Below the pieces are notes generated by a model. It was given only the letters and a program-made list of their open reading frames with translations, ran no database searches and had not been told where the DNA came from. Positions 58,348 through 64,000 of a stretch of 64,000 bases of DNA are shown in pieces. How positions within the stretch are numbered: the stretch's first letter is position 1; each line of letters starts with the position of its first letter. The position numbers and the translations under genes are program-made. This DNA comes from Bifidobacteriaceae bacterium (GTDB taxonomy: Bacteria; Actinomycetota; Actinomycetes; Actinomycetales; WQXJ01), in assembly GCA_031268215.1 (NCBI GenBank), contig JAIRXP010000004.1:458-64457 (forward strand), read 5' to 3'.

Positions 58348-58836
58348 TCAGGCTGGACTGGAGTCAGGCTGATTAGCGTTGGAAGCCTCACCCGAAGAAT
58401 CCTCCGGCGGCAGGCGGCAGAAACCCTCCGCGACGCGCCCAGCGGCAGCCAGCGCGGCGGCGGCCGCGAACGCGCCTAGATCCTGCCAGAGCCGGGACCA
58501 GGCCAGCGGCGAATGCAATTCGCCGACCGCCACCAGGGCGAACCCCAGATACACGCCGGCCAGGGTGGCGCCCGCCAGAGCACAAGACTTGGCCAGAGCC
58601 CAGACCGATGCCGCCCGCAACGGATCAACCCGCCGGCGTTTCCCTTTGACATATTGCCGGACGGGCCAGGCCGCAGCCAGAATCCCGGCCGCCGCCACCG
58701 CCAGCAGGCCGGCCACGGTCCACGGCACTGCCACCCGCTGCCAGAGCACATCAGTACCCAAGTCGACCACGATCACGGTCACCGCGGCAGCCGAGACAGC
58801 CACCACCAACTGCGTCCAGATCCTGGTTAGGTTCAT
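58348..58836 (-). CDS. DUF3180 family membrane protein
   Basis: 4 TM segments; DPLRAA...ALAKS..LAGA and E..CRLPP motifs; conserved position after folK. Confidence 0.82.
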   Translation of the reverse strand: MNLTRIWTQLVVAVSAAAVTVIVVDLGTDVLWQRVAVPWTVAGLLAVAAAGILAAAWPVRQYVKGKRRRVDPLRAASVWALAKSCALAGATLAGVYLGFALVAVGELHSPLAWSRLWQDLGAFAAAAALAAAGRVAEGFCRLPPEDSSGEASNANQPDSSPA

Positions 58837-60815
58837 ACCTCTGCCGGGGCTGGCGTCACCCAGTACTCGCCCCTGCCGGAATCCTGCCTTGGAGAGTCAA
58901 CCTCGCCGTTGGATATCAGACGAGGCATGGAGATAACTGATTGGGCCCCGCGCCCGGATTGTGGGGCGAACGATTCCGGCACCCCGGACCCGCCGGGCAC
59001 GGAGGACATGGGGCTTGGCGATTGCGCGGCCATCTGTTCCATGCGCGTCGGCGCCCGGCCGGCCGGCCCCCGCCAATCAAGACCGCTTGGGGAGCCCTCA
59101 TCGAACCGGTAACCATCAGCCGGCGCAGCTGGGCCAGGCGGACGGCTGGGGACGCCATTCCAGGATGCCCGGCCGTCGTAACGCGACTCGGCCGGGGCAT
59201 CGGGCGGCATCACAGCGTAAGAAGGAGGCCTGGGAGTCTCCTGGCTGGGAGACCGGCGGTACGGCAGGTGCGACTCCGGCCCAGTCTCCAAGCGCGGGAC
59301 AAAGACGGCCTCGGCCATTTCCTCGTCACCCAAGGCGAACGCCAGAGGCTGATAAGGCACGGCCTTGAGCGGCTCGTCCAGATCTTCGCTGCCCAGGCCC
59401 CGGAAGACGCTATGACCACGCCGTGCCTCATTGAAGAAGCCGGGCATGCCTGGGCCGTCAGCAGGATACTTCGACGGCGCAGGCAATGGCTCCATCAAGG
59501 GCGAAACCGCTCCGGATTCGGCCGAACGTCCGGGCCCAGCACCATAGGACCGTGCCGCTTCCGCCCGTGCTTGGGCCTTCCGCTTGTCCACAGGCGGACG
59601 GTCCCAATCTGGGGCCAACCAGCGGATACACCCCTGGTCGGGGGCGGCTTCCGCCAAGTCCGCGACTGGACCGCCGCCCAAGCCCGGCAGGAAAGCGCCG
59701 GGCGCCATCAACGACCACGGCACCAAAACGAAAGACCGCTCATGCGCCCGTGGGTGCGGCAAGGTCAGTTCCTCCTCATCCGCCAGCACCGTGTCATAAG
59801 CGATCAAATCAAGATCAAGGGTCCGCGGCCCCCAGCGCACACCTTGCTGACGCCCGTGCTTGTCCTCGATCCCCTGGAGTGTGCGCAGAAGCACCCGGGG
59901 AGCCAACCTGGTGCGGACATGCGCCACGGCGTTGAAGAAATCGGGCTGGTCTTTGTAACCGACCGGCGCCGTTCGAGCCAGCGGCGAGACAGCCACGACC
60001 TCAACACCCGGCTCTTCGCGGAGATCGGCCAACGCCGAACGCAAAGTGGCGAGCGCCTCCCCCAGATTGGCGCCCAGACCAATGATCGCGTCAGCCGGTT
60101 CATCCGGCACCTGATCAATCGTGGAAATCGGCCAATCGGAAGGCTCAGCGCGCCGCCGGCGGGCCGGTTCCAGGTACTGGGGTGAGCTGAACTGGTTGAA
60201 CTCCATTGAGGCATCATTCAGCACTGGATAAGGCGATACGTCAGGCTGGAACACGTCCGGCCCCACGCCCGGCGCTCCCAGGCCACCGGCTTCAATTGCC
60301 CGGCCGGAGCCGCTGGGCAATTCGCCACCGAACAGCGGGCTGACCAGCCCGGCCCGCCGTTGGGCTTCGCCCACCGCCTCGAACATGGAGGAATCCACCG
60401 CCACAAAGGTCGAGTCATTCCAGCTATGCGCCGTCCGGCGCAGATGCACGGCGACATCCTTGATCTCTGCTCCCACCGCGGCGTTGGGCTTATGGATGGT
60501 CACTTCGACTACTTCGACGGTTTCGCTGTCAAGCACCACCTTGGCCACCCGGGCCGCCACCGATTCCAGCAGATTCAGGGCCGGACCGGACAGCACTTCG
60601 GCCGCCAGCCGGGCTACCCGAGCGTAGTCAACGGTGTGGGCCAGGTCATCGGAGTCTCCAGCGAGCTTAGTATCCAGGTGAAGCCGCAAATCGGCCTGGA
60701 AAATCTGGCCCGTACGACGCTCTTCGGGGAGCGCACCATGGAAACCGTAGGCGGTAATGCCATGCAGTTCGATCACGTCCAGCGCTTCGCCGGCTGACCC
60801 GAGCATCCAGTCCAT
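58833..60815 (-). CDS. folK: Fused dihydroneopterin aldolase / HPPK (FolB-FolK) with long linker and C-terminal low-complexity tail
   Basis: FolB at aa ~12-128 (GFHGALPEER..GQ, TVDY, LLESVA, IHKP). FolK at aa ~242-400 (GLGANLG, QPDFFNAV, WGPRTLDLDLI, LPHPRAHERSFVLVPW). Confidence 0.92.
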   Translation of the reverse strand: MDWMLGSAGEALDVIELHGITAYGFHGALPEERRTGQIFQADLRLHLDTKLAGDSDDLAHTVDYARVARLAAEVLSGPALNLLESVAARVAKVVLDSETVEVVEVTIHKPNAAVGAEIKDVAVHLRRTAHSWNDSTFVAVDSSMFEAVGEAQRRAGLVSPLFGGELPSGSGRAIEAGGLGAPGVGPDVFQPDVSPYPVLNDASMEFNQFSSPQYLEPARRRRAEPSDWPISTIDQVPDEPADAIIGLGANLGEALATLRSALADLREEPGVEVVAVSPLARTAPVGYKDQPDFFNAVAHVRTRLAPRVLLRTLQGIEDKHGRQQGVRWGPRTLDLDLIAYDTVLADEEELTLPHPRAHERSFVLVPWSLMAPGAFLPGLGGGPVADLAEAAPDQGCIRWLAPDWDRPPVDKRKAQARAEAARSYGAGPGRSAESGAVSPLMEPLPAPSKYPADGPGMPGFFNEARRGHSVFRGLGSEDLDEPLKAVPYQPLAFALGDEEMAEAVFVPRLETGPESHLPYRRSPSQETPRPPSYAVMPPDAPAESRYDGRASWNGVPSRPPGPAAPADGYRFDEGSPSGLDWRGPAGRAPTRMEQMAAQSPSPMSSVPGGSGVPESFAPQSGRGAQSVISMPRLISNGEVDSPRQDSGRGEYWVTPAPAEV

Positions 60816-60866
60816 TAGCTAATCATGCTCCCACTTAGGTGTTGAATGAAAGTCACAAAGGTACCT

Positions 60867-61766
60867 TCAAAGTACTACTTGGCCGCTTCTGGACAAATCG
60901 TGCTCTCTTATGGCCCCGATCACTCGCACGGCCGCGGCGTTCGCAGCGACCGCATGCACCCGCACACACCAGGCTCCTTGAGCCGCGGCGACGGTGGTGA
61001 GCGCCGCTGTCGCGGGATCCCGCCCGTCGGGGCCTGGCCCAACTCCCCCCGGGCCAGGGCTGGCGGAATCAAGGAAGCGCTTGCGTGACGCTCCCACCAG
61101 CAGCGGGAAGCCGAGTTCCCCCAGCCGGTCCAGGCTGGCCAACAATGGCCAGTTGGAAGCCCCTGTCTTGGCGAAGCCCAGGCCCGGATCGAGGACTATT
61201 CTGCTCGGATCGATGCCGGCTTCTTGGGCCGCCTCCGCCCGCCGCGACAATTCTGTGACTACTTCCGCGACCACATCGTCGTAGCGGTCCAGGCCGTCCA
61301 TGCCGATGGAGTGACCACGCCAGTGGGTCAGCACCACCGGAACTCCCGCCGCTGCCACAGCGTTGAACATGTCCGGGTCCGCCAGGCCACCGGACACATC
61401 GTTGATCATGGCGGCGCCGGCCTGGACGGCGGCGCTGGCCACACTCGCCCGCATGGTGTCAACCGAAACCGTCACCGCCCGATCCGCCAGTTCCTTGACC
61501 ACCGGAATGACCCGGCGCAGTTCTTCGCCTTCCTCCACCCGGGGCGCACCTGGCCGGGTGGATTCGCCGCCCACGTCGATCAAGTCGGCACCTTCCGCCA
61601 GCATTTGGTCGCAGTGATCCAGGGCAGCGACCAGCTCCATATACCGGCCGCCATCAGAGAAGGAATCTGGCGTGACGTTGCAAATTCCCATCACGGCCGT
61701 CCGGTCTAGCTCCGCCAAAGCCGGAGGCAGCGGACTGGGGCGACATGGCGGGGGGAAACTGGTCAT
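60867..61766 (-). CDS. folP: Dihydropteroate synthase
   Basis: MGICNVTPDSFSDGG, DVGGESTRPGA, NDVSG, DPGLGFAK, GASRKRF and VRVH motifs. Confidence 0.96.
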   Translation of the reverse strand: MTSFPPPCRPSPLPPALAELDRTAVMGICNVTPDSFSDGGRYMELVAALDHCDQMLAEGADLIDVGGESTRPGAPRVEEGEELRRVIPVVKELADRAVTVSVDTMRASVASAAVQAGAAMINDVSGGLADPDMFNAVAAAGVPVVLTHWRGHSIGMDGLDRYDDVVAEVVTELSRRAEAAQEAGIDPSRIVLDPGLGFAKTGASNWPLLASLDRLGELGFPLLVGASRKRFLDSASPGPGGVGPGPDGRDPATAALTTVAAAQGAWCVRVHAVAANAAAVRVIGAIREHDLSRSGQVVL

Positions 61767-61780
61767 CAGGGTAGGCCTTT

Positions 61781-62356
61781 CTAGTGGCTAATTAGCGACA
61801 TCGCCTCAGCGCGGGTCGCTCCGGAACGCAGGAGTCCACGGACCGCTGAGGTCACGGTCTTCGAGCCGCCGGCCCGGACTCCCCGCATGGTCATACACAA
61901 ATGCTCGGCCTCGACCACCACGATCACGCCGCGCGCGTCCAAGCCATCCATCAACGCATCGGCGATCTCACTAGTCAGCCGCTCCTGAACCTGCGGACGC
62001 CTCGAATAGGCGTCCACCAGCCGGGCCAGCTTCGACAGGCCAGTGATGTGACCGTCCGCCGCGGGGATGTAGCCCAAATGGGCCAGGCCGTGGAAGGGCA
62101 GCAGATGGTGTTCGCACATCGAATACACGGCCACATCTTTGACTAGGACGAACTCCTGGTGGCCCAGGTCGAACCGGGCTGCCAGCGGTTCGCGCGGATC
62201 GCGATGCATCCCAGAGAAGATTTCCTCCGCCGCCCGCGCCACCCGGGCCGGGGTTTCAGTTAGGCCCGCCCGGTCTGGGTCCTCGCCGATGCCGATCAAG
62301 AACTCCCGTATAGCCGCTTCGATACGGCCCCGGTCGAAGGCGCCAGGCTCAGCCAT
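61781..62356 (-). CDS. folE: GTP cyclohydrolase I
   Basis: [31 protein letters not shown] and HLCMTMRG motifs. Probable ATG 62356 overlaps the end of ftsH. Confidence 0.96.
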   Translation of the reverse strand: MAEPGAFDRGRIEAAIREFLIGIGEDPDRAGLTETPARVARAAEEIFSGMHRDPREPLAARFDLGHQEFVLVKDVAVYSMCEHHLLPFHGLAHLGYIPAADGHITGLSKLARLVDAYSRRPQVQERLTSEIADALMDGLDARGVIVVVEAEHLCMTMRGVRAGGSKTVTSAVRGLLRSGATRAEAMSLISH

Positions 62357-64000
62357 CACTACCCTCCGGCCCGTCTGGGGGCGGGCTGGAGGGACTGGCT
62401 GGGGAACTGGCGGCCGTGACGGCGGCATCCTCAGCCGAACCGACGGCATCGGCGGCTTTATCCCCGTTACGCGCCGGCATGTTGACCGGCGGGCGGAAGG
62501 AGACCGGCCGCTCTGAGGAACTGAGCCAAACCGAGCGTTCAGGCTGTTTGACTATCTGGCGGAAGATGACGGCCAGTTGGGACTCGTTCAACGTTTCCTT
62601 CTCCAGCAACTCCAGCACCAGGGCATCCAGAACGTCACGGTTGGCCTGCAAGATTTCCCACGCCTCTTGGTGGGCGTTCTCAATTAACTCCCTGACCTGG
62701 GCATCAATCTGGGCGGCGATCGCTTCCGAATAGTCCCGCTGATGGCCGTAGTCGCGGCCCAAGAAGACCTCTCCGTCAGCCTGGCCATAGCGGACCGAAC
62801 CGAGGCCGGAACTCATGCCGTACTCCATGACCATCTTGCGGGCCGTGGCCGTGGCCTTCTCGATATCGTTCGAGGCGCCGGTAGACGGGTCGTGAAGGAC
62901 CAGTTCTTCCGCTACGCGGCCACCCATGGAGTAAGCGAGCTGGTCCAGCAACTCGTTGCGGGTGACCGAATGCTTGTCACGAACCGGCATCACCATGGTG
63001 TACCCCAAGGCCCGGCCACGCGGCAAAATAGTCACCTTGGTGACCGGATCGGTATTGCGCAGCGCGGCCGCCACCACCGCGTGGCCACCCTCATGGTAAG
63101 CGGTGTTCTGCTTCTCTTCCTCGGTCATCATCATGGACACCCGCTGCGGTCCGGCCACCACCCGGTCAATCGCTTCATCGAGCGCATGATTGGCGATCTG
63201 CTTGACATCCTCGCGGGCGGTCAGCAGCGCCGCCTCGTTCAGCACGTTCGCCAAGTCCGCGCCAGTGAATCCAGGAGTGCGCTTGGCCACCTGAGCCAGG
63301 TCGACGTCCGGCGCCATTGGCTTGCCCTGAGCGTGGACTTTCAGGATCGCCAGGCGCCCTGGCTGATCCGGCGCACCGACTGTAATCTGGCGGTCGAACC
63401 GTCCGGGCCGCATCAAGGCCGGGTCAAGGATGTCTGGCCGGTTAGTGGCCGCGATCAAAATGACGTTGGTGCTGGCGTCGAAGCCATCCATCTCCACCAG
63501 CAACTGGTTGAGGGTTTGCTCGCGCTCATCGTGACCACCGCCCAGACCAGCGCCTCGATGACGACCCACCGCGTCGATCTCATCGACAAAAATGATCGCC
63601 GGAGCGTTGGCCTTCGCCTGTTCAAACAAGTCACGCACGCGGGAGGCGCCCACACCCACGAACATCTCCACGAAATCAGAGCCGGAGATGGAATAGAACG
63701 GCACGCCCGCCTCGCCAGCGACTGCCCTGGCCAGCAGCGTCTTGCCGGTGCCAGGCGGGCCGTACAACAACACGCCGCGCGGAATCTTGGCGCCAACGGC
63801 CTGGAACTTGTCCGGCTCCGCCAAGAACTCTTTGATCTCTTCGAGTTCTTCGACTGCCTCATTGACACCGGCCACGTCAGCGAAAGTCACCTTAGGCGAC
63901 TCCTTGGAGACCAACTTGGCCTTCGACTTACCAAAGCTCAGCGGACCGCCCCGGCCGCCGCCCTGCATCTGGGACATCAACCACCAGAACAGGCCCAGGA
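62349..64000 (-). CDS. ftsH: ATP-dependent zinc metalloprotease FtsH (5' part outside window)
   Basis: [32 protein letters not shown] and HEGGH motifs. The frame is open to the window edge. Confidence 0.97.
   Translation of the reverse strand, partial: LGLFWWLMSQMQGGGRGGPLSFGKSKAKLVSKESPKVTFADVAGVNEAVEELEEIKEFLAEPDKFQAVGAKIPRGVLLYGPPGTGKTLLARAVAGEAGVPFYSISGSDFVEMFVGVGASRVRDLFEQAKANAPAIIFVDEIDAVGRHRGAGLGGGHDEREQTLNQLLVEMDGFDASTNVILIAATNRPDILDPALMRPGRFDRQITVGAPDQPGRLAILKVHAQGKPMAPDVDLAQVAKRTPGFTGADLANVLNEAALLTAREDVKQIANHALDEAIDRVVAGPQRVSMMMTEEEKQNTAYHEGGHAVVAAALRNTDPVTKVTILPRGRALGYTMVMPVRDKHSVTRNELLDQLAYSMGGRVAEELVLHDPSTGASNDIEKATATARKMVMEYGMSSGLGSVRYGQADGEVFLGRDYGHQRDYSEAIAAQIDAQVRELIENAHQEAWEILQANRDVLDALVLELLEKETLNESQLAVIFRQIVKQPERSVWLSSSERPVSFRPPVNMPARNGDKAADAVGSAEDAAVTAASSPASPSSPPPDGPEGSDG

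Noticed and set aside
58941-60185. 414-aa plus-strand ORF antisense to folB-folK
   Set aside because: Arg/Gly/Pro-rich shadow frame with no domain features.

Overview
High-GC actinobacterial chromosome segment. Gene order resembles Micrococcales/Actinomycetales (inference). It is almost entirely core genome. Left to right: an NlpC/P60 peptidoglycan hydrolase under a c-di-AMP (ydaO) riboswitch; an FprA-like reductase; a ~30 kb respiratory block with the full 14-gene complex I operon (nuoA-N) nested in the menaquinone pathway (polyprenyl synthase, menJ, menG, menF, menD, menC, menB, menE, menA) plus an HtrA protease; bS22; Ktr/Trk K+ uptake; an ABC-2 exporter; otsAB; an accessory vWA-like surface protein; msiK with its msiK RNA motif and a DUF4032 kinase-like gene; the rlmB-cysS-ispF-carD block; gpmA, lsr2, lysS, panC; the folate operon; and partial ftsH. 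I found no transposase, integrase, prophage, CRISPR array, tRNA, rRNA or defence system. I cannot claim a clearly new multi-gene system. The best leads are: (i) dispersed ~45-50 nt hairpin repeats with compensatory base changes, one inside a ~230 bp structured element upstream of carD; (ii) the msiK RNA/MsiK/DUF4032 kinase module; (iii) genes missing from conserved loci (heme and cytochrome c maturation, ispD, phoU-senX3-regX3); (iv) a FolB-FolK fusion with very long low-complexity extensions; (v) the vWA-like surface protein. Family assignments come from motif recognition by eye, not database searches.
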